Of a DNA stretch of 64,000 nucleotides, positions 19,585-30,000 are shown piece by piece. This DNA is from Fluviicola sp. Its GTDB lineage: Bacteria > Bacteroidota > Bacteroidia > Flavobacteriales_D > Crocinitomicaceae. The notes beneath the pieces were generated by a model that saw only the letters and a list, made by a program, of their open reading frames with translations, was not told where the DNA came from and did no database searches. The DNA is taken from positions 36,072-100,071 of the forward strand of contig NZ_JBCNJW010000012.1 in assembly GCF_039596355.1 (NCBI RefSeq). The letters run 5' to 3'. Made by a program: the position numbers and the translations under genes. Numbering within the stretch: the stretch's first letter is position 1; every line of letters begins with the position of its first letter.

Positions 19585-20031
19585 ATGCAAAATAAGCCCC
19601 AATATTTAATCGACTTAGATGTTCGATTAACGTGGCACAAAATGTCACGCATGTATAACCAGCGAGCAAACAGCTACGGGATCAGTATGTCTGTCGGCTT
19701 TATCCTTCTGCACATCGATAAAGAGGGAACTCCAAGCACGCAGCTGGGTCCAAGAATGGGAATGGAACCAACCAGCCTTTCAAGAACCCTCAAAACCATG
19801 GAAGAAAAAGGATTCATTCGCCGGGAGGAAGACAAACTCGACAAGCGGATCGTACGCATTTTCTTAACGGAAGAAGGATTAAAGGCCCGCTACATTGCCC
19901 GCGACGTTGTTTTTGAATTCAATAACAAAGTCATTGAACGCATTCCGAAAGAACACATTGAGATTTTCGAATCTGTGATCAACCAAATCCAGGAGCTTAT
20001 GGATGAGGAAGAATCAAATCCGTCGGAGTAA
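19585..20031 (+). CDS. MarR-family transcriptional regulator of the fatty-acid degradation cluster
   Basis: Winged helix MEPTSLSRTLKTMEEKGFIRREEDKLDKRIVRIFLTEEG; ATG 19585 preferred over TTG 19558. Confidence 0.9.
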   Translation: MQNKPQYLIDLDVRLTWHKMSRMYNQRANSYGISMSVGFILLHIDKEGTPSTQLGPRMGMEPTSLSRTLKTMEEKGFIRREEDKLDKRIVRIFLTEEGLKARYIARDVVFEFNNKVIERIPKEHIEIFESVINQIQELMDEEESNPSE

Positions 20032-20173
20032 GAGAAAGCGCAGCTTTCGATTAAAGAACAAACGTTAGTGCAGTACTAAGAAAATTTTCGACCAGAAACA
20101 AACAGTTAATAACGAATTGCCGTGAAATAAATACAAAAACGGATCACGGCAGAATCAATAAAAAGAACCGATT

Positions 20174-22579
20174 ATGAATAGACACATCAAGAAAGTGGCC
20201 GTTTTGGGATCAGGAGTCATGGGATCCAGAATCGCCTGCCACTTTGCCAATGTAGGATGCGAAGTGTTATTGCTTGACATCCTGCCGAAAGAGCCCAACG
20301 ATGCTGAAAAAGCAAAAGGTCTGACACTGGAGAGTAAAGCTGTCAGAAACCGCATCGTCAACGAAGCATTGCAATTCGCTTTGACATCTGCACCTTCCCC
20401 GATCTACAGAAAATCATTCGCATCCCGGATCCAAACAGGGAATTTCGAAGACGACATGGCAAAAATTGCCAATGTAGACTGGATCATCGAAGTGGTAATC
20501 GAACGCCTCGACATCAAGCAGCAAGTGTTTGAACATGTGGAAAAATTCAGAAAACCGGGAACATTGATTTCATCCAACACGTCCGGGATTCCCATTCACC
20601 TGATGCTCGACGGCAGATCAGATGATTTCAAAAAACACTTTGCCGGAACCCATTTCTTCAATCCGCCAAGATACCTTCCTTTACTGGAAATCATCCCAAC
20701 AAACGAAACCGCTCCGGAAATCATCGATTTCTATATGTCTTTCGGCTCCAAAATTTTGGGTAAGAAAACGGTTTTGTGTAAAGACACTCCCGGATTCATC
20801 GGAAACCGTGTTGGTGTTTACTCCATGGGGAAAGTCATGGAATTAGCTCAGGATCTTGGTTTGACCATCGAAGAAGCGGATTTATTGACCGGAGCAATCC
20901 TGGAACGACCTAAAACCGGAACCTTCAAACTCTCCGATTTGGTAGGTTTGGATACCGCTTACAACGTTACGAAAGGTCTGCAGGCAAACCTGCCGAACGA
21001 CCAAATGGTCAAAGACATCAAAGATTCGAAAGTATTAAACTTCCTGATCGAACATAAATTCCTCGGAGATAAAACCAAAAAAGGATTCTATTACAAAGAG
21101 AAAGATGCATCCGGTGCAACCAACCGATTTGCATTAGACCTGGAAACGTTGGAATACCGTCCGATGCAGAGAGCCAAGCTTCCTGTAATCGAAATGGCGA
21201 AACAGGCTCCGGATTTAAAAACACGTTTGGGCATGTTGCTGCTGGACAAAACCAAAGCCGGCGACCTGTTAAGAAAACACTACGCGTCGTTATTTGCCTA
21301 TGTTTCTCAACGCGTTCCGGAAATTTCAGATGTGCTTTTCAGCATTGACGATGCCATTCGTTCGGGTTACGCCTGGACATATGGTCCGTTTGAAAACTGG
21401 GATTTGGTCGGAGTGAAAAAAGGAATCGAATTAGCGGAAAGCGAAGGTTACACCGTAGCCGATTGGGTCAAAGAACTCGTTGCTGCCGGGAACAATTCAT
21501 TCTACAAATCGGAAGGAGGTAAAAAGTACTTCTACGACATAGCTTCCAAATCATACAAAGTCATTCCGGGAACAGAAAACCTGGTAATTCTGGATGCTTT
21601 ACGTGAAACCAACAAAGTTTGGGGGAATTCAGACACCACACTGGTAGATTTGGGAGACGGAGTCCTGAACCTGGAATTCCACACCAAAATGAACACCATC
21701 GGTGGTGGGGTGATCGAAGGAATCAACAAAGCAATCGACCTGGCTGAAAAGGATTACAAAGGATTGGTTATTTCCAATACCGGCGGAAACTTCTCTGCCG
21801 GAGCAAACGTCGGAATGATCTTCATGATGGCTGCGGAACAGGATTACGATGAATTGAATTTCGCCGTGAAATCATTCCAGGACACGATGATGCGCATCCG
21901 CTATTCAAACATCCCGGTAATCGCGGCTCCACACAACATGGCACTTGGTGGAGGATGTGAATTATCTATGCACTCCGATAAAGTCGTTGCTCACGCAGAA
22001 TTGTACATGGGACTGGTTGAATTCGGTGTCGGATTGATCCCGGGCGGAGGCGGATCCAAGGAATTCGCAAAACGATTCTCAGACGAACTGAGAGACGGAG
22101 ACATCAAAATCAATCGTCTGCGCGAACGCTTCCTTTCCATCGGACAGGCAAAAGTTTCCACTTCTGCATATGAAGCCTTTGATTTAGGTTACCTGCGTCC
22201 CGGAACGGATGAGGTGGTCGTTTCAAGAGAATATCAATTGACACAGGCAAAAGCCGCAGCACTTGAATTGGCCGAAAAAGGCTACATCGCACCGAAGAGA
22301 GAGAAAAACATCACTGTTCTCGGTCAGGAAGGTCTCGGAATTATTTACGTTGGAGCAAACTCCATGAAATCCGGACACTACATGTCGGAACACGATCAGG
22401 TGATTTCCGAAAAACTCGGCTGGGTGATGTGTGGAGGTGATTTGAGTGAAAACACGGTTGTTTCGGAACAATACCTATTGGATTTGGAACGAAAAGCATT
22501 CGTGGAACTTTGTCAGCAACGCAAAACACTTGAGCGTTTGGAAAGTTTGGTGAAATCCGGGAAAATTTTGAGAAATTAA
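20174..22579 (+). CDS. fadN: 3-hydroxyacyl-CoA dehydrogenase / enoyl-CoA hydratase (FadN type)
   Basis: VAVLGSGVMG Rossmann motif, SNTSG, HFFNPPRYL, C-terminal crotonase domain (ALGGGCE, VGLIPGGGG). Confidence 0.92.
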   Translation: MNRHIKKVAVLGSGVMGSRIACHFANVGCEVLLLDILPKEPNDAEKAKGLTLESKAVRNRIVNEALQFALTSAPSPIYRKSFASRIQTGNFEDDMAKIANVDWIIEVVIERLDIKQQVFEHVEKFRKPGTLISSNTSGIPIHLMLDGRSDDFKKHFAGTHFFNPPRYLPLLEIIPTNETAPEIIDFYMSFGSKILGKKTVLCKDTPGFIGNRVGVYSMGKVMELAQDLGLTIEEADLLTGAILERPKTGTFKLSDLVGLDTAYNVTKGLQANLPNDQMVKDIKDSKVLNFLIEHKFLGDKTKKGFYYKEKDASGATNRFALDLETLEYRPMQRAKLPVIEMAKQAPDLKTRLGMLLLDKTKAGDLLRKHYASLFAYVSQRVPEISDVLFSIDDAIRSGYAWTYGPFENWDLVGVKKGIELAESEGYTVADWVKELVAAGNNSFYKSEGGKKYFYDIASKSYKVIPGTENLVILDALRETNKVWGNSDTTLVDLGDGVLNLEFHTKMNTIGGGVIEGINKAIDLAEKDYKGLVISNTGGNFSAGANVGMIFMMAAEQDYDELNFAVKSFQDTMMRIRYSNIPVIAAPHNMALGGGCELSMHSDKVVAHAELYMGLVEFGVGLIPGGGGSKEFAKRFSDELRDGDIKINRLRERFLSIGQAKVSTSAYEAFDLGYLRPGTDEVVVSREYQLTQAKAAALELAEKGYIAPKREKNITVLGQEGLGIIYVGANSMKSGHYMSEHDQVISEKLGWVMCGGDLSENTVVSEQYLLDLERKAFVELCQQRKTLERLESLVKSGKILRN

Positions 22580-22617
22580 GACAATAGACTTCAGACGAGG
22601 GACAATAGACAATATTC
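22577..22617 (+). repeat. Period-7 degenerate array (nnnAGAC), left flank of the four-helix-bundle gene
   Basis: taagac aatagac ttcagac gagggac aatagac. Confidence 0.75.
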
Positions 22618-22624
22618 AACAATA

Positions 22625-22975
22625 ATGGCTAAACATAATTTTCGAAAGTTGGAAATCTGGATTATATCCATGGACGTAGTAAAAGATGTCTATGCTGTAA
22701 TTTCTGATTTTCCTGTGGACGAACGTTACGGACTAAAGTCTCAAATGTCAAGATGTGCTATTTCCGTACCTTCAAATATTGCAGAGGGAAGCAGCCGGAG
22801 TTCAATCAAAGAGTTTTCACACTTTCTGGACATCGCACTGGGATCAAGTTTTGAATTGGAAACACAGTTGATAATTGCTCATGACCTGTTTCAGGCAGAG
22901 ACTCATACAATTATTGAAAAGTGTCAAAATTTACAACGTATGATAATCGGATTCAAACAGAAAATAAATAATTAA
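22625..22975 (+). CDS. Four helix bundle protein (23S rRNA IVP / TIGR02436 family)
   Basis: HNFRKLEIW...FPVDERYGLKSQMSRCAISVPSNIAEGSSR...FLDIALGSSFELETQL. Confidence 0.93.
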   Translation: MAKHNFRKLEIWIISMDVVKDVYAVISDFPVDERYGLKSQMSRCAISVPSNIAEGSSRSSIKEFSHFLDIALGSSFELETQLIIAHDLFQAETHTIIEKCQNLQRMIIGFKQKINN

Positions 22976-23013
22976 AGAACGGTAGACGAAAGCAAAAGCA
23001 TTTGATAACAAAG

Positions 23014-23048
23014 GTCTTTTGTCTTGCGTCTTAAGTCTCAAATCTTTA
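23014..23048 (-). repeat. Period-7 degenerate array (GTCTnnn), right flank, inverted relative to the left array
   Basis: gtctttt gtcttgc gtcttaa gtctcaa atcttta. Confidence 0.75.
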
Positions 23049-23053
23049 AAACA

Positions 23054-24232
23054 ATGAACAAAGCATATATCGTAGCGGGATTCCGCTCAGCAGTAGGAAA
23101 ATCAGGGAAAGGAGGATTGCGCTTCTTTCGGCCTGATGATTTGGCGGCACGCGTCATTGAACATCTCGTAGCAAGCGTACCGCAAGTAGAAAAAACACGT
23201 ATCGATGATGTGATCGTGGGAAATGCAACTCCGGAAGCAGAACAAGGATTGAACGTCGGACGTTTGATCTCTTTGATGGGATTACACACAGACAAAGTTC
23301 CAGGAATGACCGTAAACCGTTACTGTTCATCCGGATTGGAAACCATCGCCATTGCACAAGCGAAAATCGAAGCCGGAATGGCCGATTGCATCATTGCAGG
23401 TGGAGTTGAATCCATGTCCGTAATGGCAATGGGAGGATGGAGAATTGTTCCGAACCCGAAAGTGGGAAAAGAAAATCCGACCTGGTACTGGGGAATGGGA
23501 TTGACCGCAGAAGCTGTTGCATCACAGTTCAACGTGAGCCGTGAAGACCAGGATTTATTTGCGATGCATTCCCAGGAAAAAGCACTGAGAGCGTTGGCTG
23601 AAGGAAAATTCAAAGACGAAATCGTTCCGATCGAAGTAGAACACATTTTCCTGGACGAAAACGAAAAAAGACAGGTTAAAAATTACATCGTCGAAACAGA
23701 TGAAGGCCCGCGCGCTTCGAGCCTGGAAGGACTGGCAAAACTAAGACCGGTATTCGATGCCCAGGGAAGTGTTACTGCCGGAAATTCCTCTCAAACTTCA
23801 GACGGAGCGGCATTCGTGATGGTGATGTCTGAAAAAATGATGAAGGAACTGAACATCGAACCGATTGCACGCCTGCACAGCTATGCTGTAGTTGGTGTAG
23901 AACCACGCATCATGGGAATCGGGCCGGTGGAAGCTATTCCGAAAGCATTGAAACAAGCAGGGTTGAGCCTGAACGATATCAGCTTATTCGAATTGAACGA
24001 AGCATTTGCTTCTCAATCGTTAGCCGTGATTCGCGAATTAGGCTTGAATCAGGATATCGTCAATGTGAACGGTGGAGCCATTGCCCTAGGACACCCACTG
24101 GGTTGTACCGGAGCGAAACTAACGGTTCAGCTCTTGAGCGAACTTCGCAGAAGAAAAGAAAAATACGGTGTCGTGACCATGTGCGTCGGAACCGGACAAG
24201 GAGCTGCTGGAGTGATCGAATTGCTGAAATAA
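23054..24232 (+). CDS. fadA: Acetyl-CoA C-acyltransferase (thiolase)
   Basis: NRYCSSGL active Cys, NEAFA, GHPLGCTG, TMCVGTGQG. Confidence 0.95.
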   Translation: MNKAYIVAGFRSAVGKSGKGGLRFFRPDDLAARVIEHLVASVPQVEKTRIDDVIVGNATPEAEQGLNVGRLISLMGLHTDKVPGMTVNRYCSSGLETIAIAQAKIEAGMADCIIAGGVESMSVMAMGGWRIVPNPKVGKENPTWYWGMGLTAEAVASQFNVSREDQDLFAMHSQEKALRALAEGKFKDEIVPIEVEHIFLDENEKRQVKNYIVETDEGPRASSLEGLAKLRPVFDAQGSVTAGNSSQTSDGAAFVMVMSEKMMKELNIEPIARLHSYAVVGVEPRIMGIGPVEAIPKALKQAGLSLNDISLFELNEAFASQSLAVIRELGLNQDIVNVNGGAIALGHPLGCTGAKLTVQLLSELRRRKEKYGVVTMCVGTGQGAAGVIELLK

Positions 24233-24249
24233 TTCATCCGAAATATCCG

Positions 24250-24298
24250 AAACGCCATCTGTTTCCCGAAAATCAACGGGATGACAGGTGGCGTTTTT
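24250..24298 (+). terminator. Long hairpin terminator after the thiolase gene
   Basis: AAACGCCATCTGT-TTCCCG...CGGGA-TG-ACAGGTGGCGTTTTT. Confidence 0.7.
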
Positions 24299-24358
24299 CA
24301 TGTTATAATTTTGTAAAACTAAAAACGTGGCGAGCTTTTTCTTATTTTCGAAAAGAAT

Positions 24359-25417
24359 ATGGAAAATACCCCTCAGAAAGTTTCAAAAGTCCAGATGACA
24401 AGCCACGCCTTGATCATTTTTTCGATTGTCGTTGTGATACTTTATTTGGGGCAGAGTCTCATTATCCCACTTATGTTTGCAACGATTTTGTGGCTTCTGA
24501 TGCGGAAAATCCGTTCCCTGTTCTACATCATCGGGCTACGCGACAAGTGGTTTCCCAAATGGCTCAAAACCATCCTGAGCACCACGATCCTATTTTCTAC
24601 CGTTTGGGTAATCGGGCTCATTTTTGAGAAAAACATCCAGGAACTGGTCAGATATTACGACGTTTACAACAAGAACCTGACGGCGATTATGAAAGATTTT
24701 GACCAGATTTCTCATTACAAAATCGAAGATCTGACCAGGAGTTTCAATTCGAATGACTTAATCAGCAAATACTTCACGTCGGCACTCAGCTCCCTGCAAA
24801 CAATCATTTCCAATGTTGTGATCGTATTGATTTACATGCTCTTCATCATCATGGAAGAATCTTCCTTTAAATTTAAGGTGAAGGCATTGTTTCCGGAAAG
24901 AGCCGCTTACGACGAACGCATCGAAGTAATTCGCAGAATCGAAAAAGCAATTACCAATTACCTTGGAATCAAATCATTGATCGCCATGGTATCGGCTACA
25001 ATCTGCTATTTGATTTTCGCACTTATGGGCTTAAACGCTCCGTTTTTCTGGGCTTTGCTAATCTTCATGTTCAGCTTTATCCCCTTCTTCGGAGTGTTAA
25101 TCAGTTCCTTTTTACCTGCAATTTTTGCCATCGTCCAATACGGCTCCTACAGCGAATCACTGATTATCCTGTTCAGTACCGGATCCATCCAGTTTTTTGC
25201 AGGAAACATCGTAGAACCAAGAGTCATGGGAAATACCATGAACGTGAGCCCGATCGTCGTGATTCTGTCTCTTGGTTTCTGGGGTTTCATCTGGGGACTT
25301 CCCGGTATGTTCCTCAGCGTTCCGATTACCGTTATCATGGTGATCATCTTTTCCAAATTCAAGGCTACCCGGGGAATTGCTATTTTGCTTTCGGAGAGAG
25401 GAGAAATTGAACACTGA
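24359..25417 (+). CDS. AI-2E family transporter
   Basis: TM pattern, NYLGIKSL, FIPFFG, GNIVEPRVMG...SP..V...FWG.IWG..GMFLSVP. Confidence 0.9.
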   Translation: MENTPQKVSKVQMTSHALIIFSIVVVILYLGQSLIIPLMFATILWLLMRKIRSLFYIIGLRDKWFPKWLKTILSTTILFSTVWVIGLIFEKNIQELVRYYDVYNKNLTAIMKDFDQISHYKIEDLTRSFNSNDLISKYFTSALSSLQTIISNVVIVLIYMLFIIMEESSFKFKVKALFPERAAYDERIEVIRRIEKAITNYLGIKSLIAMVSATICYLIFALMGLNAPFFWALLIFMFSFIPFFGVLISSFLPAIFAIVQYGSYSESLIILFSTGSIQFFAGNIVEPRVMGNTMNVSPIVVILSLGFWGFIWGLPGMFLSVPITVIMVIIFSKFKATRGIAILLSERGEIEH

Positions 25418-26613
25418 TGAAGACTTTGTTAATCTCTTGTTTCCTGGTTGGTTCCCTGCATGCGTTTTCACAGTTTGAAGACGAAAACAAACCCGTTCCC
25501 GTTTTCGGAGGAACCAACGTCATTACAACCAATGCAGCCGGGCAGGTCGGTGTGAAATCTGCCAGCGGAAAAGAAATCATCCCGTTCGTATATTCCCGGA
25601 TCATTGAAAACAACCTGGGGTTGTTCGTGTTCAAAATCAACAAGTCGAATGGCTACGAACGCTCGTATTCCCTGGGCTACTACAACAAACAGCTCAAACA
25701 GGTGCTTCCGTGCCAATACAACAGCCTGCTCGCACTAGACGAAGGTTATATCATTGCGTCCCAAAACAGCGACCGGAAATTCGGGCTGATTGACACAGTC
25801 GGGAGAATCATCATTCCGTTTGAATACGAAGAAATGGCCGCTCCGAGCGAAGGGCTTTACCTGACGAAACTGAAAGGGAAATACGGTTTCATCAACAAGA
25901 AAAATCACGTCATTGTTGATCACAAATTCACGTATGCCAGTCCATTTTCAGAAGGTTTGGCAGTTGCAAGCAGAGGCGGATTAATCGGTTATATCAACCG
26001 GAAAGGAGATTTCGAAATCCGGGAACAGTTTAGTTCAGCCGACGATTTCAGCTACGGCTATGCACAAGTTTTCTTCCACAATCAAACGAGCGTGATTGAC
26101 AAAAACGGCGTTATTCTCTTCCCGTTTATTTTCAGAAGCATTCGCTCAGTCGGAAATGGCCAGTTTGTATTTGAAGCCGGAGATAATCTCCGAAAGACAC
26201 TCACAACAACACTCCCCAAACTGGGCATTGCACAAACACCTGAAGAACTTGGTCAGTACGATTCCCTGGTGTCTTCAACGGATTCGGAAATTGATTCGGA
26301 AACACTCGAAGAAAAGTTCATGGGAGTGCTCAACCTGAACGGGCAATTGATCGGTGGAAATGATTTTCAACAGGTCATTGCGCTCATTTCGGAAGGCGAA
26401 CATCAGTTATATGCCGTTCAGCGCAGAGCCAATCACGAAGAAAACGACAGTAAAGGCTATAATTTCGCATTGATGGACGGAACAGGCAAATTGCTGACAG
26501 ATTTCCGCTTTTTTGAGGTCAAACCCGACGAAGGAATCGTGATCGAAGAAACCGAAAAGGGGTTTGTTTTATATCGCGCAGCTGTTGATGGAAAGTTGAC
26601 ACCTGTCAATTAA
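25417..26613 (+). CDS. WG (KWG) repeat-containing exported protein
   Basis: Signal peptide; repeats such as KFGLIDTVGRIIIPFEYE, KYGFINKKN, FSEGLAVA..GYINRKG. Confidence 0.85.
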   Translation: MKTLLISCFLVGSLHAFSQFEDENKPVPVFGGTNVITTNAAGQVGVKSASGKEIIPFVYSRIIENNLGLFVFKINKSNGYERSYSLGYYNKQLKQVLPCQYNSLLALDEGYIIASQNSDRKFGLIDTVGRIIIPFEYEEMAAPSEGLYLTKLKGKYGFINKKNHVIVDHKFTYASPFSEGLAVASRGGLIGYINRKGDFEIREQFSSADDFSYGYAQVFFHNQTSVIDKNGVILFPFIFRSIRSVGNGQFVFEAGDNLRKTLTTTLPKLGIAQTPEELGQYDSLVSSTDSEIDSETLEEKFMGVLNLNGQLIGGNDFQQVIALISEGEHQLYAVQRRANHEENDSKGYNFALMDGTGKLLTDFRFFEVKPDEGIVIEETEKGFVLYRAAVDGKLTPVN

Positions 26614-26766
26614 TCCAGGATGATCACATTAACCCAAAATTAGATTAAATACTTATTGAATCAAAAGCCACGAATTCACGAATTTTGAGGCTCCTAACGA
26701 TCGCCTCATATTTATACAACTCTTAAAACCAAACTTACACAAAGGTTTGTTCGCACCAGATAAGTA

Positions 26767-28377
26767 TTAGTTGCCCGCATTTTTTCGTTTATTCTCCGAA
26801 TCTTTCGGCTCTTCCTCCTTGATGATTTCACGCGGTTTCAGTAATTCCTGCCACGTTTTCGGGCGCAAGAGCGGATGCCATTTGAATTCAGGTAAAAACT
26901 GTTCTTCCTTATCGATCTGATCCATCGGGAAAAACTTACCATCAGGTTGATTGATGTACGAAACGCCGACCACTTCACCACTATCGAGATACACCTTGAT
27001 ATCCGATGAGAAAATGCGGTTCAGCCCCATTCGTTTCACCACAATGGCTGTGTCTGTTTTTTCTTCGTCTTCCGGGTAAAAGATGGTTTTCGCCTGACCG
27101 ATTACATCTGATCGCACCAATTCATTGTTCTTGAAATACGACCAAATCTCTTTCCCTGCAAGCTGGTTGTAATATCTCCCGGAATCCAGTTCATTGGCTG
27201 CAAATGCTTTTGGATACAAGTGTGCTTTTTGAATTAAGGTGTCATTCACAATAAATACACGAATGGTATCACCGGTCAATTCCGAATTATAACTCCAGAA
27301 ATGGGCATTCCCCCACAAATCCATGATTCCGTCTGCCTTTTTGTAATCCAATGAATCAGACACTCCCTGGATTTTATTCTGAAAAATCCGGACATCCTGC
27401 CCTCCCCTGATTCGCAGCGTTTTTTCCAGCGTGTCGCGCAGATGAACCAGCGTATCGGCTCGCAAAAAGAGCGTGTCCTTCGACTTCATGATCCGGATGA
27501 GCGGAAAATCCGTCAAAACATCCGTGAGTGTATTTCCATCCGAGGTGAAGTGTCCGGCATTGAATTGTACTTTCTGCGCCGTATCAACCATCTGTACATT
27601 TCCTTTTCCAAGCGCATATTTCCGCTTCGGGGCATAGAACAAACTATCGCCGGTAATGATCCGCGGAGCCTGGTCTATTTTCGCATTGTGAGTCAGTAAA
27701 CCTTCTTCTGTTTCTACGTGATACCATCCCCGGTCGCAGTAAAATTTCGAATCTTTCGTTGTCCCGACAGTCGGGCCGTAAAAGAATACTTTATGCACCA
27801 GGTAGTTGTAATGCAGCGTATCGGTGGTCAATTTCAGGTTGTCGCTTTTATACACGACATCTCCCTTGAAAAAAGCCTCTTCCGTATTGGGATAAAAATA
27901 TCCGAACTTACTCGTGAGTACTTCATTCGTGGTGATATTCTCGATTTTTCCTTTGTTCCGGTAAATTGCTTTCGAACTGGCTGCATCGTAATCCAGTGAA
28001 TCCGAAGTGACTTTGTATTCCCGGTCACGGATTCGGACATGTCCCCACAACTTCGCCAATTTGGTTCTTCCGTTGTAATAAAGGGAATCACAAAACAGAT
28101 TCAGCGTATCTGCTTTATTGATCTGCACTTTTCCATAAGCCCAAACCTCGTTGGTTTTTTCTTTGTAGTGCGCTGAATCACAAAACATGACATTTCCCTG
28201 GTATTTGAAATTCAGGAACCCCGTCAGGCGCTGTTTTCCGGTGCGTTCATCATACGACAGTTTTTTTGCTCCCGGCAAGAGTTCCAGCCAGTTCTGTCCA
28301 TATGAAAAGTGTGTGCACACAAAAATTGCGCTTAAAAAAAGCGCAATTCGATAAGTATGTGCATGGAATAATTTCAA
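26767..28377 (-). CDS. OstA-like (LptA/LptD_N) beta-jellyroll protein
   Basis: MFCDSAHY, LFCDSLYY, DTLHYN and GDSLFY repeats; conserved position after purA. Confidence 0.85.
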   Translation of the reverse strand: MKLFHAHTYRIALFLSAIFVCTHFSYGQNWLELLPGAKKLSYDERTGKQRLTGFLNFKYQGNVMFCDSAHYKEKTNEVWAYGKVQINKADTLNLFCDSLYYNGRTKLAKLWGHVRIRDREYKVTSDSLDYDAASSKAIYRNKGKIENITTNEVLTSKFGYFYPNTEEAFFKGDVVYKSDNLKLTTDTLHYNYLVHKVFFYGPTVGTTKDSKFYCDRGWYHVETEEGLLTHNAKIDQAPRIITGDSLFYAPKRKYALGKGNVQMVDTAQKVQFNAGHFTSDGNTLTDVLTDFPLIRIMKSKDTLFLRADTLVHLRDTLEKTLRIRGGQDVRIFQNKIQGVSDSLDYKKADGIMDLWGNAHFWSYNSELTGDTIRVFIVNDTLIQKAHLYPKAFAANELDSGRYYNQLAGKEIWSYFKNNELVRSDVIGQAKTIFYPEDEEKTDTAIVVKRMGLNRIFSSDIKVYLDSGEVVGVSYINQPDGKFFPMDQIDKEEQFLPEFKWHPLLRPKTWQELLKPREIIKEEEPKDSENKRKNAGN

Positions 28378-28378
28378 T

Positions 28379-29650
28379 TTATTTTGTTGTCAAAGTTTGC
28401 TTGCGATCCGGACCAACCGAAACGGTTGTTACCGGCACTTGCAAATGTTGTTCCAAATAGTTTACGTAATCCTTCAACGCCTCTGGTGCATCGGAATAGG
28501 AAGTCAAACCAGTCAGGTCTTTGTTCCATCCCGGAAGGTCTTCGTAAATCGGTTCAATCGTCATTCCGTCAATGTCATACGGCATGTAATCCTGCTCCAC
28601 TCCGTCTACTTTGTACTTCGTACATGCACGAATGGTTTCGAATGTGTCCAAAACATCTGCTTTCATCATCGCCAATTCGGTTACACCATTGATCATGATA
28701 GCATATTTCATTGCAGGAAGGTCGATCCATCCGCAACGACGTGGTCTTCCGGTTGTTGCACCGAATTCCCGTCCTTCTTTACGGATTTTCTCTCCGATCT
28801 CATCATCCAGTTCTGTTGGGAAAGGTCCTGAACCAACGCGGGTACAGTATGCCTTGAAAATCCCGATCACATCTCCGATTTTAGAAGGTGCGATTCCCAA
28901 TCCGGTGCACGTTCCTGCGGTCACGGTGTTGGAAGAAGTTACGAACGGGTAGGTTCCGAAGTCGATATCCAGCATCGTTCCCTGCGCACCTTCTGCCAAT
29001 ACTTTTTTACCGGCTTTCATTGCTTCGTTCATGTATTGTTCACTGTCAACAGCTGTCAATCCTCTCAGCACTTCAATTCCTTCCATCCATGGGCCTTCCA
29101 GCTCAGACAGATCGAATTCGAATCCTTCGTAATGCTTCAGCAGGTTCAGGTGTTTCTCCACCAATGCCTGGTATTTTTCCTTGAACGAAGGCAACGAAAT
29201 ATCTCCGACACGCAGACCGTTACGGCCTGTTTTGTCCATATATGTAGGCCCGATTCCTTTCAAGGTACTTCCGATCTTGTCTTTTCCTTTGGAAGCTTCA
29301 GATGCCGCATCCAGCAATTTATGCGTCGGAAGAATCAAATGTGCTTTTTTGGAAACGATCAAACGTTGTTTTACGTCAATATTGAACGGAGCCAGTTTCT
29401 CCAATTCTTTCTGGAAAACAACCGGGTCGATCACTACTCCGTTTCCGATCAGGTTAATCACATTTCCGTGGAAAATTCCTGAAGGAATCGTGTGCAAAAC
29501 ATGTTTCACTCCTTCAAACTCCAGCGTATGACCGGCATTCGGCCCGCCCTGAAAACGAGCGATAATATCGTATTGCGGGGTGAGAACATCTACAATTTTT
29601 CCTTTCCCTTCATCTCCCCATTGTAATCCTAAAAGAACATCTACTTTCAT
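28379..29650 (-). CDS. purA: Adenylosuccinate synthetase
   Basis: GLQWGDEGKGK, GGPNAGHT, EFGATTGRPRRCGW. Confidence 0.98.
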   Translation of the reverse strand: MKVDVLLGLQWGDEGKGKIVDVLTPQYDIIARFQGGPNAGHTLEFEGVKHVLHTIPSGIFHGNVINLIGNGVVIDPVVFQKELEKLAPFNIDVKQRLIVSKKAHLILPTHKLLDAASEASKGKDKIGSTLKGIGPTYMDKTGRNGLRVGDISLPSFKEKYQALVEKHLNLLKHYEGFEFDLSELEGPWMEGIEVLRGLTAVDSEQYMNEAMKAGKKVLAEGAQGTMLDIDFGTYPFVTSSNTVTAGTCTGLGIAPSKIGDVIGIFKAYCTRVGSGPFPTELDDEIGEKIRKEGREFGATTGRPRRCGWIDLPAMKYAIMINGVTELAMMKADVLDTFETIRACTKYKVDGVEQDYMPYDIDGMTIEPIYEDLPGWNKDLTGLTSYSDAPEALKDYVNYLEQHLQVPVTTVSVGPDRKQTLTTK

Positions 29651-30000
29651 GTGACTTTGTTAAATTTCGCTTCAACTTCTTCTGTTGAATTGAAGCAGCT
29701 AAAAATTTCGTTTAATTTGGATATTTCGAATAGCTTTTTTACGGACGGCTGTAAATTGACCAATACACAGTCAAGACCTGCTTTCCGTGATCTGGTCAGT
29801 ATGCGTACAAAGAAATTCAAGCCGGTGCTGTTGCAGTATTCCAAGGTGGAACAATCGCACAAAACGGCTTTCAGATTGCCCGACAATACCTGTTCCGTCT
29901 GATTCAGTGCATCTGCCAAACCTTCATCGGAAATGATTCTTCCTGAAATTTTGACCAATACAAAATTCGACGACTTCGTTATGTCAAACTGCGCACTCAT
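29647..30000 (-). CDS. STAS domain protein (anti-sigma factor antagonist)
   Basis: DCSTLEYCNSTGL phospho-acceptor motif, KKLFEISKLNEIF. Confidence 0.85.
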   Translation of the reverse strand: MSAQFDITKSSNFVLVKISGRIISDEGLADALNQTEQVLSGNLKAVLCDCSTLEYCNSTGLNFFVRILTRSRKAGLDCVLVNLQPSVKKLFEISKLNEIFSCFNSTEEVEAKFNKVT

